Of a DNA stretch of 64,000 nt, positions 8,637 to 18,181 are shown piece by piece. The notes under the pieces were generated by a model that made no database searches, was not told the origin of the DNA, and saw nothing but the letters and a program-made list of their open reading frames with translations. The stretch is from Candidatus Faecalibacterium faecigallinarum. GTDB taxonomy: Bacteria; Bacillota; Clostridia; Oscillospirales; Ruminococcaceae. The position numbers were made by a program, and so were the translations under genes. Position 1 is the first letter of the stretch; each line of letters begins with the position of its first letter. The stretch spans positions 8,079-72,078 of the forward strand of contig DWWN01000053.1 in the NCBI GenBank assembly GCA_019119685.1. The letters are read 5' to 3'.

Positions 8637-8851
8637 AATTAAGGGACAATTTGCACAAGAAACGCCGTGTCATTTTATACTGATTCACGAAATATAAATG
8701 TTGTGCGTTTTTCTGCTGTAAATCACTGGAAAATGTGGTAGAATGGCATAAGAATCAAGCTGTTCGCTGCCCAAAGCAGGCCATGCGCCGCGGGGCCTGC
8801 CCTGCGGCCAGGAACGGCAAATATGGCATGATAAGGAGAGACAAAAACACT

Positions 8852-9382
8852 ATGGGATTCTTTTCCAACCTGTTCCACAAGAAAGAAGAACCGGCCCCCG
8901 CGCCCGCAGCCAAGCCCGCTGCACCTGCCGGCGATAAGATCGTATGCGCGCCTCTGGAAGGCGAGATCCGCATCCTGAGCGAGATCGACGACCCCGTTTT
9001 CTCCAGCGAAGCGCTGGGCAAGGGCTGCGCCATCGAGCCTTCCAAGGGCGAAGTGGTCGCTCCTTTTGACGGCACCATTGAGCAGGTGGCTGAGACCAGC
9101 CACGCCGTGGGCATCATGGGCGACAACGGCCTGGAAGTGCTGATCCACGTCGGCATGGACACCGTGGAGCTGAAGGGCAAGGGCTACGACCCCAAAGTCA
9201 AAGTCGGCGACAAGGTCAAGAAGGGCCAGCTGTTGCTCAAGTTCGATATGGCCGCCATTTCGGCCGCAGGCTACAAGCTGACCACCCCCGTGGTGGTCAC
9301 CAATACCGACGACTTTACCAGTGTCGAGCCCATCGCCACCGGCAAAGTCACCCAGGGCCAGGATGTGGTCCTGGTCAAATAA
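8852..9382 (+). CDS. crr: PTS glucose-family EIIA component
   Basis: DPVFSSEALGKG, APFDG, TSHAVG, LIHVGMDTVEL phospho-His motif; N-terminal MGFFSNLF helix. Confidence 0.9.
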   Translation: MGFFSNLFHKKEEPAPAPAAKPAAPAGDKIVCAPLEGEIRILSEIDDPVFSSEALGKGCAIEPSKGEVVAPFDGTIEQVAETSHAVGIMGDNGLEVLIHVGMDTVELKGKGYDPKVKVGDKVKKGQLLLKFDMAAISAAGYKLTTPVVVTNTDDFTSVEPIATGKVTQGQDVVLVK

Positions 9383-9418
9383 GTTGTTCCTTGTGGTGTA
9401 GGGATCTTGCACTTGGAT

Positions 9419-9452
9419 GCAAAGGCGGGGCTTTTCGGGGCCCCGCCTTTGC
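9419..9452. terminator. Stem-loop after the EIIA gene
   Basis: 13-bp stem GCAAAGGCGGGGC/GCCCCGCCTTTGC. Confidence 0.6.
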
Positions 9453-9474
9453 GCATCCTCTCCCCCATCGCAGC

Positions 9475-9522
9475 AAAAAGCGGCGCTCCCCTGCCGGATG
9501 GTTCCGGTGCGGGAGCGCCGCT
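9475..9522 (-). terminator. Intrinsic terminator after tyrS
   Basis: AGCGGCGCTCCC/GGGAGCGCCGCT stem with a T-tract on the minus strand. Confidence 0.7.
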
Positions 9523-9542
9523 CATTTGTTTGGGTTATGGGA

Positions 9543-10760
9543 TCACATCGTCACCTTGTGGTAGACCTTTTTGCCCTTCTTGATGACGATGCCGTCTGCC
9601 AGCTGGCCGGCGGTGAAGCTGGCGGTGGGGGCGGCCACCTTCTCGCCGTTGACCAGGACGCCGCCCTGGGTGACGAGGCGGCGGGCCTCGCCGTTGGAGG
9701 CGGCCAGACCGGCCTTGACCATCAGGGTCAGGATGCCGATGCTGCCGTCGGTCAGGTCGGCCTCGGTCAGGGTGGTGGTGGGCATATGCTCGGTGTCGGC
9801 GGCGCCGCTGAACAGGGCGCGGGCCGCATCCTGGGCCTTGGCGGCCTCCTCCTGGCCGTGGACCATGCTGGTCAGCTCGTAGGCCAGGATCTCCTTGGCC
9901 TCGTTCAGCTTCTGGTCCTTCCAGGTGGCCATCTCGTCGATCTGCTCCAGCGGCAGGAAGGTCAGCATCCGAATGCACTTCATGACGTCGGCGTCGTCCA
10001 CGTTGCGCCAGTACTGGTAGAACTCGAAGGGGCTGGTCTTGTTGGGGTCCAGCCAGACTGCGTTGCCGGCGGTCTTGCCCATCTTCTTGCCCTGGGAGTC
10101 GGTCAGCAGGGTGATGGTCATGGCGTAGGCGTCCTTGCCCAGCTTGCGGCGGATCAGCTCGGTGCCGCCCAGCATATTGCTCCACTGGTCGTCGCCGCCG
10201 AACTGCATGTTGCAGCCGTAGTGCTGGAACATGTAGTAGAAGTCGTAGCTCTGCATGATCATGTAGTTGAACTCGAGGAAGGACAGGCCCTTTTCCATCC
10301 GCTGCTTGTAGCACTCGGCGCGCAGCATATTGTTGACCGAGAAGCAGGCGCCCACCTCCCGCAGCAGCTCGATGTAGTTCAGCTTGAGCAGCCAGTCGGC
10401 GTTGTTCAGCATCAGGGCCTTGCCCTCGCTGAAATCAATGAAGCGCTCCATCTGCCGCTTGAAGCAGGCGGCGTTGTGGTCGATGTCCTCTTTGGTCAGC
10501 ATCTTGCGCATATCGGTGCGGCCGGAGGGGTCGCCGATCATGGTGGTGCCGCCGCCGATCAGGGCGATGGGCTTGTTGCCGGCCATCTGCAGGCGCTTCA
10601 TCAGGGTCAGGGCCATGAAGTGGCCGGCGGTCAGGCTGTCGGCGGTGCAGTCAAAGCCGATGTAAAAAGTGGCCTTGCCCTCGTTGATGACGTCGATGAT
10701 CTCCTCATCGGTGATTTGGGCCACCAGGCCGCGGGCTTTCAGTTCGTCGTACAGTTTCAT
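9543..10760 (-). CDS. tyrS: Tyrosine--tRNA ligase
   Basis: YIGFDCTADSLTAGH, GDPSG, QFGGDDQW, KKMGKT, C-terminal S4 domain; GGAGG RBS before ATG 10760. Confidence 0.97.
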   Translation of the reverse strand: MKLYDELKARGLVAQITDEEIIDVINEGKATFYIGFDCTADSLTAGHFMALTLMKRLQMAGNKPIALIGGGTTMIGDPSGRTDMRKMLTKEDIDHNAACFKRQMERFIDFSEGKALMLNNADWLLKLNYIELLREVGACFSVNNMLRAECYKQRMEKGLSFLEFNYMIMQSYDFYYMFQHYGCNMQFGGDDQWSNMLGGTELIRRKLGKDAYAMTITLLTDSQGKKMGKTAGNAVWLDPNKTSPFEFYQYWRNVDDADVMKCIRMLTFLPLEQIDEMATWKDQKLNEAKEILAYELTSMVHGQEEAAKAQDAARALFSGAADTEHMPTTTLTEADLTDGSIGILTLMVKAGLAASNGEARRLVTQGGVLVNGEKVAAPTASFTAGQLADGIVIKKGKKVYHKVTM

Positions 10761-10795
10761 CGTACATACCTCCTGTGTCTGGGGCAGAGGGCAAA

Positions 10796-11090
10796 AGAAA
10801 AACGCCCTCCGCCAACGTGAATTGGCAGAGGGCGAGGAAATTCGCGGTACCACCTCTGTTTGCTGCCCCCTCACGGGTGACAGCCTCACAAGTGCAGCCC
10901 CCTCAGTGGATGGGTCAACACTCTGCGTTTGTAACGCTCGCACGCGGCGGGGCCTACTGGGGCGCTTGGCGCGGTTCAGCCTGCAGCTCCGGGATGTATT
11001 TCACCTGCTGCTCTGCACGCCCCTTTCACCAGCCGGGGCCTCTCTGGGCAGAGCGGTGCAGGGTACTCGGTTCCCTTCATCGCCTTTACG
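10796..11090 (-). ncRNA. T-box riboswitch leader (Tyr)
   Basis: T-box AGAGGTGGTACCGCG (10843-10857), terminator CGCCCTCTGCCAA..TTGGCGGAGGGCGTTTTT, stem I with AGAGA/GGTGAAA motifs and UAC (Tyr) specifier at 10996-10998. Confidence 0.95.
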
Positions 11091-11097
11091 ATTGTCT

Positions 11098-11126
11098 ATT
11101 GTACAGGAACAGCCCGGGAATGTCAA
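11098..11126 (-). promoter_or_regulatory. Sigma-A promoter for T-box/tyrS
   Basis: TTGACA-17-TACAAT. Confidence 0.85.
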
Positions 11127-11136
11127 GGGGTAATTT

Positions 11137-11784
11137 TCAGTCCAGCTTTTCCACCCGGAGCGTAGCAATGCCGGATTGACCGGGCTGGCCGGTGGTCAAG
11201 TCCTGCGGGGCGGGTACCAGCAGCATAAAGCCGTCCCTGCCATACCGCTTGCCATAGCCGCGGGCATAGTCCTCCTCCACCGAGGCGTGCTGCACCCGCC
11301 CCACCACCATGGAGGTGATGCCGGCGCCGCTCAAATCCTGCATCTGTTCCAGCGTACATTCTAAGGTGAGGAACGCCTCCCCGATCACCGGCGCATGGAT
11401 GCTTTTTGCGCCGGCCAGGGTGAACCCACCCGCGGCGAACTCGTCGGTCTCCGCCTCGTTGCAGCGGATGGTCTCGACCAGTGCATCGTAATAGCGGATG
11501 GGCAGGAAATTGACGGCAAAGCACTTTTCCCTCAGGATATTCGCGTAGGTGTGGGTGTGCTGATAGAGATTGCCCATCACCGCAAAAAAGGCGGTCTTGT
11601 CCCCGTGGAAGCAGCTCCAAGAGTGGAAACAGACATTGGGCTTCCCGTTCTCCTTCCAGGTGGTCACGGCGAAAAGCGGCGTCGGGATGCCCGCCGTCAC
11701 TTCAAAGTGGGAGAAAAGCTCAAATTCCTCGGGATAGGCTGGCTGGAACCAGCCGGGAAAATCACGGCCGATTTCGATTTTCAT
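11137..11784 (-). CDS. Flavin reductase-like FMN-binding protein
   Basis: AVTTWKENGKPN, HTYANI..FAVN, APVIGEAFLTLEC. Confidence 0.82.
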   Translation of the reverse strand: MKIEIGRDFPGWFQPAYPEEFELFSHFEVTAGIPTPLFAVTTWKENGKPNVCFHSWSCFHGDKTAFFAVMGNLYQHTHTYANILREKCFAVNFLPIRYYDALVETIRCNEAETDEFAAGGFTLAGAKSIHAPVIGEAFLTLECTLEQMQDLSGAGITSMVVGRVQHASVEEDYARGYGKRYGRDGFMLLVPAPQDLTTGQPGQSGIATLRVEKLD

Positions 11785-11802
11785 AGGGGGCTCCTTCCCT
11801 GT

Positions 11803-13473
11803 TCACTCCCGCCCGGCCAGGTCCAGCATTTCGCGGGCGTTGGCAAGGGCGAGATCAGTCACCTGGTCGCCCGAGATCAGGTGGGCCAGGGCGTCCACCC
11901 GGCCCTCGGTGTCAAGGGGCGTCACCTGGGTATAGGCCCGGTCCCCTTCCACCCGCTTTTGGATCAGCAGATGGCAGTCGGCCAGGGCGGCGATCTGGGC
12001 AGTGTGGGTGATGCACAAAATTTGATGTCCGCTGCGGGCGCTCTGGCGCAGCACCTGGCCGATCTTGCCCGCCGCCTTGCCCGACACGCCGGTGTCGATC
12101 TCATCGTAAATGACGGTGGGGACAGCGTCTCGGTCGGCCAGGGCGTTTTTGATAGCCAGGGTGATGCGGCTCAGTTCGCCGCCCGAAGCGATTTTGGCCA
12201 GCGGTTTCGGCGGCTCGCCGGGGTTGGTGGCGATGTAAAATTCGATGCTGTCCTGCCCGTGGCTGGCCAGCGGTCCGCGGCTGTGCCGCAGGCTGAGGCG
12301 CACCCCAGGCATATTCAAAAAGTCCAGCGTGTCCGAGATGCGGCGGTTCAGCTCCTCAAAGGCTTTCAGGCGGGTCTGGGTCAGGGCCTCGGCGGCCTCC
12401 CGCGCCAGACCGTACAGCCGGTGCTTTTCGGCCTGGAGCCGGTCGTGGTGCTCCTGCGAGAACTGGATGCGTTCCAGTTCCTCGCGGGCCTTTTCCCCAA
12501 AAGCCAGCACGTCCTCCACGGTGTCGCCGTATTTCCGTTTGAGCTTGTAGATCAGGTCCAGCCGCTGCTCGATCTCATCCAGCTCGGCGTCGTTGCTCTC
12601 GTAGTCCTCCAGACGGGAGGCAAGTTCCCCCGAGAGGTCCTTGACGGTATAGTACAGGTCCAGCAGCTGGCCGGCCGTGTCGGCCAGGCCGCTGTCCAAC
12701 TGGGCCGCCGTGTCGATGGCGTTGGACGCCTCCCCCAGCAGGTCCACCCCGCCGGCGGCCTCGTCCCCGCCCGAGAGGGCGGCGTAGGCCCGGGCGATCT
12801 GCTCCCGGATGGTAGAGGCATTGGCCAGCACCTTGCGCCGGCTTTCCAGCGTTTCTTCCTCCCCGGCGGTCAGGGCCGCGTCGTCGATCTCGTTCACCTG
12901 ATATTGGAGCAGGTCGGTCTTGCGGCGCTTTTCTTCCTCGTCGGTGACGAGGCTGTCCAGCTCCCGCTTGACCCCGATCAGCTCCTTGTAGATCTTGTAA
13001 TAGTTCTGGTAGACCTCCCGGTTCCGGGCGTAATCGTCCAGAATGCCCTCGTGGTGGGCGGGGTTGAGCAGGCCCACCGAGTCGTGCTGCCCATTGATGT
13101 TGATGAGCCCGCCGCACAGTTCCCGCAGGACGGCGGCGGTGGCCGGCATCCCGTTGATGCGGCAGCTGCTCTTGCCCTCGGCGGTGATCTCCCGGGTCAG
13201 CAGCAGTTCGTCGCTGCGCTCATACCCCGCCTTTTCCAGACTGTCCTGGACGGCGGCGGGCACCTGCTCGAAGGCCGCCCGGATCACCGCCCTGGCGGCG
13301 CCGGCGCGGACCAGCTCGCGGGAAGTGCGGCTGCCCAAAATGGCGTTGATGGAGTCGATCAGGATCGACTTGCCGGCGCCGGTCTCGCCGGTCAGGACGT
13401 TCAGTCCCTTTTCAAAGTGGACGTCGGCCTTCTGGATGACGGCCACATTTTCGATTTGCAGGCTGCTCAGCAT
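11803..13473 (-). CDS. recN: DNA repair protein RecN
   Basis: TGETGAGKS, ASGGELSR, YDEIDTGVSG, ITHTAQIAA, coiled coil. Confidence 0.97.
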   Translation of the reverse strand: MLSSLQIENVAVIQKADVHFEKGLNVLTGETGAGKSILIDSINAILGSRTSRELVRAGAARAVIRAAFEQVPAAVQDSLEKAGYERSDELLLTREITAEGKSSCRINGMPATAAVLRELCGGLININGQHDSVGLLNPAHHEGILDDYARNREVYQNYYKIYKELIGVKRELDSLVTDEEEKRRKTDLLQYQVNEIDDAALTAGEEETLESRRKVLANASTIREQIARAYAALSGGDEAAGGVDLLGEASNAIDTAAQLDSGLADTAGQLLDLYYTVKDLSGELASRLEDYESNDAELDEIEQRLDLIYKLKRKYGDTVEDVLAFGEKAREELERIQFSQEHHDRLQAEKHRLYGLAREAAEALTQTRLKAFEELNRRISDTLDFLNMPGVRLSLRHSRGPLASHGQDSIEFYIATNPGEPPKPLAKIASGGELSRITLAIKNALADRDAVPTVIYDEIDTGVSGKAAGKIGQVLRQSARSGHQILCITHTAQIAALADCHLLIQKRVEGDRAYTQVTPLDTEGRVDALAHLISGDQVTDLALANAREMLDLAGRE

Positions 13474-13493
13474 GATCTAAGCCTCGTTTTTTC

Positions 13494-13982
13494 TTATTTG
13501 CGCGTGATATAGCGCTCCAGCTCGGCGCTGATGTTTTTGGCGTCCCGCTCCGAGCGCACCACGACCAGGAAAGTGTCGTCGCCCGACAGAGAGCCCACCA
13601 CATTTTTCCACTGCATCGAGTCGAACACCTGACAGGCGGCGTTGGCCATGCCGGGGTAGCACTTGATCACGACGATGTGCCCCGCATAGTCCACCCCCAG
13701 CACCGACTCCCGAAAGATCGTCTCAAACCGTTCCTGCACTTTGGGGTCGTACCGGTCGCTGTGGCTGGAGACATAGCGGTAGCCCTCGTCGGTGGCAGCC
13801 TTGACCAGGCACAGCTCCCGGATGTCCCGGGAAATGGTGGCCTGGGTCACCTCGTAGCCCTCGGCGTTCAGGTAGTCCTGCAGCTCTTCCTGGCGGCTGA
13901 TGGGGTGTTCGCGGATCAGCCGGAGGATGGCTTGCAGCCGTTCGGCCCGGGTCCTGGTGTCTTCCTGCGGTTTGCGGCTCAT
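13494..13982 (-). CDS. argR: Arginine repressor
   Basis: VTQATISRDIREL, GSLSGDDT. Confidence 0.95.
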   Translation of the reverse strand: MSRKPQEDTRTRAERLQAILRLIREHPISRQEELQDYLNAEGYEVTQATISRDIRELCLVKAATDEGYRYVSSHSDRYDPKVQERFETIFRESVLGVDYAGHIVVIKCYPGMANAACQVFDSMQWKNVVGSLSGDDTFLVVVRSERDAKNISAELERYITRK

Positions 13983-14034
13983 GGGGATTCCGCCTCCTTT
14001 GTCACTTTTACGCTGTCTTGTTGGTTTGGTCCGG

Positions 14035-14886
14035 TCACGTCCTGCTTCTCAGCTTCTGGTCGATGGCCTGGAACTGGTCGGCCCGGCTGAAGGTGATGAG
14101 CTGGACATTCTGGTCCGACAGGCGGACCACCGCCGTCGCGCCGGCCCGCAGGCTGCAGCCCTCGTCGCCGTCGCAGCTGATGAACACCTCGTCGTCGGCC
14201 ACCTGCCCCACGCAGATGTTGATCTTGCGCTCCTGGGCAAAGACCATGGGCGGGGTCGCCAGGCTGTGGGGGCAGATGGGCGTGACCACGATGCCCTTGG
14301 TCTGGGAATCCAGGATAGGCCCGCCCGCCGCCAGAGAGTAAGCGGTGGAACCGGTGGGGGTGGCAACGATCACGCCGTCCCCCCGGAAGTGTTCCACCAG
14401 GATGTCGTCACAGTAGACGCTGAAGTCGATGGCCTGCTGTAAGCGGCCCTTGGTCACGACCACGTCGTTGAGGGCGTGGCCCTCCCAGCGGTCGTCTCCC
14501 AGGACGCGGACGTACAGCAGCATCCGGCTGTCCAGGCTGTACTCCCCCCGGGCCACGGCGCTGAGCTTGGTCTCCAGTTCGTCCACCTCGCAGGTGGCCA
14601 GAAAGCCGCACCGGCCCAGGTTGATGCCCAGGATGGGCTTGTGGTAGCTCAGCGTCTGGTTGGCCACATGGAGGATAGTGCCGTCGCCCCCGATGGTCAG
14701 GATCACGTCGGTCTGTTCCATGCAGGTCTCAAAGGGCAGATACTCCACCCCCGCGATGTTGCAGCTCTGCTGCCACTTGTGCTCCATCAGGACGGACGCG
14801 CCGTGAGCGCGCAGGATCTGCGCCGCGCGCAGCGCCAGTTCCCGGGCCGAGCTTTTGCCGGGGTTGGGGGAAATGTAAACGGTCAT
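14035..14886 (-). CDS. nadK: NAD kinase
   Basis: GGDGT, ALND, DGVIVATPTGSTAYSLAAGG. Confidence 0.96.
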   Translation of the reverse strand: MTVYISPNPGKSSARELALRAAQILRAHGASVLMEHKWQQSCNIAGVEYLPFETCMEQTDVILTIGGDGTILHVANQTLSYHKPILGINLGRCGFLATCEVDELETKLSAVARGEYSLDSRMLLYVRVLGDDRWEGHALNDVVVTKGRLQQAIDFSVYCDDILVEHFRGDGVIVATPTGSTAYSLAAGGPILDSQTKGIVVTPICPHSLATPPMVFAQERKINICVGQVADDEVFISCDGDEGCSLRAGATAVVRLSDQNVQLITFSRADQFQAIDQKLRSRT

Positions 14887-14918
14887 CCTTCGGCACCTCC
14901 TGTGTGATCGGATGCTTT

Positions 14919-15722
14919 TCAGCGGTCCAGCGCCTGGTGGCTGGCCGCCACGACGGCGGCCACCGCGTCCTCGCCCAAAGCGGCGGGGGCGCCGCTCTTT
15001 TCCACGAACATCAGGTATTCGATGTTGCCTTCCGGCCCCTTGACCGGGCTGAAGTCCAGCCCGCGGACCGCGAAGCCGTTGGCCGCGGCGTAGCCCATGG
15101 CGTTCACCAGCACTTCCCGGTGGGTGGCCGGGTCGCGGACCACGCCGTTCTTGCCCACCTTTTCCCGCCCTGCCTCGAACTGAGGCTTGACCAGGCAGAC
15201 CCCCACCGCGTCGGGGGTGGTCACCGCCTGTGCCACCGGGAAAATGTGGTGCAGGGAGATGAACGAAACGTCCACGCTGAAAAATTCGATGGCGTCGTCC
15301 AGCTGGTCGGGGGTGACGTTGCGGATGTTGGTCCGCTCCATATTCACCACCCGGGGGTCGGTGCGCAGGCTCCAGGCCAGCTGGCCGTATCCCACGTCCA
15401 CAGCGTAGACCTTGGCCGCCCCGTTCTGCAGCATACAGTCGGTGAAGCCGCCGGTCGAGGCCCCGATGTCCATGCAGACCTTGCCCTTGGGGCTGAGGGG
15501 GAACACCTGCATCGCCTTTTCCAGCTTGAGGCCGCCCCGGCTGACGTAGCCGATGTCGTGGCCGCGCACTTCCACCACCGCGTCCTCCTTGACCATATCG
15601 CCGGCCTTGTCGGCCTTCTGCCCGTTGACATAGACCACGCCGGCCATGATCATCGCCTTGGCGCGCTCCCGGCTCTGGATCAGGCCGTGCTGCACCAGAT
15701 ACTGGTCCAATCGAATCTTCAC
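14919..15722 (-). CDS. tlyA: TlyA-family RNA 2'-O-methyltransferase
   Basis: RLDQYLV S4 domain, YVSRGGLKL, DIGASTGGFTDC, LVKPQFEAGR; GTG start overlaps the dxs stop (GTGA). Confidence 0.95.
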   Translation of the reverse strand: MKIRLDQYLVQHGLIQSRERAKAMIMAGVVYVNGQKADKAGDMVKEDAVVEVRGHDIGYVSRGGLKLEKAMQVFPLSPKGKVCMDIGASTGGFTDCMLQNGAAKVYAVDVGYGQLAWSLRTDPRVVNMERTNIRNVTPDQLDDAIEFFSVDVSFISLHHIFPVAQAVTTPDAVGVCLVKPQFEAGREKVGKNGVVRDPATHREVLVNAMGYAAANGFAVRGLDFSPVKGPEGNIEYLMFVEKSGAPAALGEDAVAAVVAASHQALDR

Positions 15723-17617
15723 CTTGACTGCTCCTTTTCTTGATCCGCTGCCAGGGCCTGCCGGACGGCCTGCGCCAGGCTTCCGGCGTCCAGGCCCTGG
15801 ATCTCTTTCAGTTCGGGGACGGTGGCATGGGTCAGCTTGGTGTTGTCCACCGCCCGGTGGAGGAAGGCGCCGCGCCAGCCGTCTGCCAGCAGGCGGGCTG
15901 CCAGCTGCTGGCCGATGCTCCCCTGCCTGACGCACTCCTCCGCAAAGAGGATGGTCTTAAACCGCTCGATTTCATGTAGAAAATCATCTGTAAAGGGGAA
16001 TATCTTTACAAGTTTGCAGACCCTGCACGGGACGCCTTCGGCCTCCAGAAGCGCCGCAGCAGCCAGCACATCCTCCACCTCGCTGCCGTAGCTGACGAGA
16101 ACGGTGTCCGCCTCCGGCCCGCCGGTCAGGAAATCGTAGGCGCGGCCGGTGCAGCCGTACTGGGCCAGGGCTTTCACTTCCCCGCCGCGGGGGTAGCGGA
16201 TGGCCTGGGGGCCGGTATAGTCCGGCCCCACCAGCCGGAGCAGCCAGTAGCGCAGCTCGGCGTAGTTGGAGGGCGAATAGATGGGCACGCCCGCCTCACT
16301 GAGGAAAGCCGGGTCGTATACCCCCTGGTGGGTCTCGCCGTCGGCAGGCACCAGGCCCGCCCGGTCGATGGCAAAGATCACCTTGACCCGCAGCAGGCAG
16401 ACGTCGTGGATGATCTGGTCGTAAGCCCGCTGCAAAAAGGTGGAGTAGATGGCCGCCACCGGGACCATGCCCTGGCTGGCCAGGCCGGCCGCAAAGGTGA
16501 CGGCGTGCTGCTCGGCCATTCCCACGTCAAAGAACCTGTCGCGGAAAGCGTGCCCAAAGAACTGCAGCCCGGTGCCGTACTTCATGGCGGCGGTGATGGC
16601 GCAGATCTTCCGGTCAGCGGCCGCGGCCTCGCACAGTGCTTTGCCGAACACGGTAGAGAAAGAGGCCGGCGCGGCCACTTCCGGGTCAGGCACAAGGCTC
16701 TGGCTCCCGGCCGAAACGCCGTGGAACTCGCCGGGGTTTTCCTCCGCCGGCAGGTAGCCCTTGCCCTTGGTGGTGACCACATGGAGGAAAAGCGGCCCCG
16801 ACCGGACCGTCAGGTTGCGCAAGGTCTGTTCCAGTTCCAGCACCTTGTTCCCGTCCAGCGGGCCCAGATACTGGAAGCCCATATTCTCAAACATGGTGGA
16901 GTCGTACATGGTCCGCCGGACGATGGACTTGGCCCGCCGGAAAAACCGGTACATCGGCTGGCCCACCACCGGCACCCGGTTCAGCGCCTCGCCCAGGTGC
17001 CGGTTGACCCGGAAATATTCCGGGCTGGCCCGCAGATGGGTCAGGTAGCGGGCCATGGCCCCCACGTTTTTGGAGATGGACATCCCGTTGTCGTTCAGGA
17101 TGACCATGAGGTTATTGAGGGAGGAAATATTGTTCATCCCCTCGTAGACCATCCCGCCGGTGAAAGCGCCGTCCCCGATGATGGCCACCACCCAGCCGGG
17201 CTCCCGCTTCAGCTTTTTGGCCCAGGCCATGCCGATGGCCAAAGAGAGGGCCGTATTGCCGTGGCCGGCCACAAAGGCGTCGTGCCGGCTCTCCCGCGGG
17301 TTGGGGAACCCCGAGATGCCGTCCTTCTGGCGCAGCCGGGCAAAGCCCGCCTTGCGGCCGGTGAGCAATTTGTGGGTGTAGCACTGGTGCCCCACGTCAA
17401 AGACGATCTTGTCCTGGGGGGAGTTCAGCACCCGGTGCAGGGCCACCGTCAGCTCGACGGTGCCCAGGTTGGAAGCCAGATGCCCGCCGGTGCGCAGGAC
17501 GCTGTCCACCAGAAAGCGGCGGATCTCCCCGCACAGCTGCACCACCTGTTTGTCGCTCAGGCACTTGACGTCCTCCGGCCCTTTGATGCTGTCCAACAGA
17601 GGCGTATCCACTCCCAT
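15719..17617 (-). CDS. dxs: 1-deoxy-D-xylulose-5-phosphate synthase
   Basis: GGHLASNLG, DVGHQCYTHK, IGDGA, FDVGMAEQHAV, DGETHQG, IRYPRG. Confidence 0.97.
   Translation of the reverse strand: MGVDTPLLDSIKGPEDVKCLSDKQVVQLCGEIRRFLVDSVLRTGGHLASNLGTVELTVALHRVLNSPQDKIVFDVGHQCYTHKLLTGRKAGFARLRQKDGISGFPNPRESRHDAFVAGHGNTALSLAIGMAWAKKLKREPGWVVAIIGDGAFTGGMVYEGMNNISSLNNLMVILNDNGMSISKNVGAMARYLTHLRASPEYFRVNRHLGEALNRVPVVGQPMYRFFRRAKSIVRRTMYDSTMFENMGFQYLGPLDGNKVLELEQTLRNLTVRSGPLFLHVVTTKGKGYLPAEENPGEFHGVSAGSQSLVPDPEVAAPASFSTVFGKALCEAAAADRKICAITAAMKYGTGLQFFGHAFRDRFFDVGMAEQHAVTFAAGLASQGMVPVAAIYSTFLQRAYDQIIHDVCLLRVKVIFAIDRAGLVPADGETHQGVYDPAFLSEAGVPIYSPSNYAELRYWLLRLVGPDYTGPQAIRYPRGGEVKALAQYGCTGRAYDFLTGGPEADTVLVSYGSEVEDVLAAAALLEAEGVPCRVCKLVKIFPFTDDFLHEIERFKTILFAEECVRQGSIGQQLAARLLADGWRGAFLHRAVDNTKLTHATVPELKEIQGLDAGSLAQAVRQALAADQEKEQSR
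15989..16010. promoter_or_regulatory. Intragenic palindrome TGTAAAG-N8-CTTTACA (copy 1, in dxs)
   Basis: TGTAAAGgggaatatCTTTACA in an AT-rich patch; same arms at 62789-62810; function unknown. Confidence 0.6.
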
Positions 17618-17655
17618 CGCCGCCTTTCTCCCCTCCGTCAGGGCTTGCCGGCTGC

Positions 17656-18135
17656 TCACGCGATCACCATGGACAGCGGATACAAAAAGCCCACCGCTGC
17701 CCCGACGATCATCCCCGCGTAGACCTGCAGCGGGGTATGGCCGACCATCTCTTTCAGGTGCATATTCTGCAGGAAGGGCGAGCGGCTCTCGCTCTCCTCC
17801 AGCCACATTTCAATGATGTTGTTCAGGACCTTGGCCTGCTCGCCGGTCTCGTGGCGGACGCCCATGGCGTCGTGCATGGTGATGATGGCCACCACGCAGG
17901 CAATGGCAAACAGGGAGGAGTGGACCCCCTCGATCCGGCCAGTGGCCACCACCATGGCGCAGACCGTAGCGCTGTGGGCGCTGGGCATCCCGCCGTCCCC
18001 CACCATCCGCTCCAGCTGCAATTTGCCTGCCAGAAGCGAGCTGATGGTGGTCTTGATGAGCTGTGCCGTGAGCCACCCCAGGATGGACACGGTCAAAATC
18101 TCGTTCCATGTCAAAATGCTGTGAATCACGTCCAT
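17656..18135 (-). CDS. Divergent PAP2 family protein (DUF212, YuiD-like)
   Basis: GGMPSAHSA, MHDAMGVR, LKEMVGHTP. Confidence 0.9.
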   Translation of the reverse strand: MDVIHSILTWNEILTVSILGWLTAQLIKTTISSLLAGKLQLERMVGDGGMPSAHSATVCAMVVATGRIEGVHSSLFAIACVVAIITMHDAMGVRHETGEQAKVLNNIIEMWLEESESRSPFLQNMHLKEMVGHTPLQVYAGMIVGAAVGFLYPLSMVIA

Positions 18136-18181
18136 CGTCTGTTTCCCTTCTTTTCTCGTTCGTTTCTTGTGCTGCGGGCGT

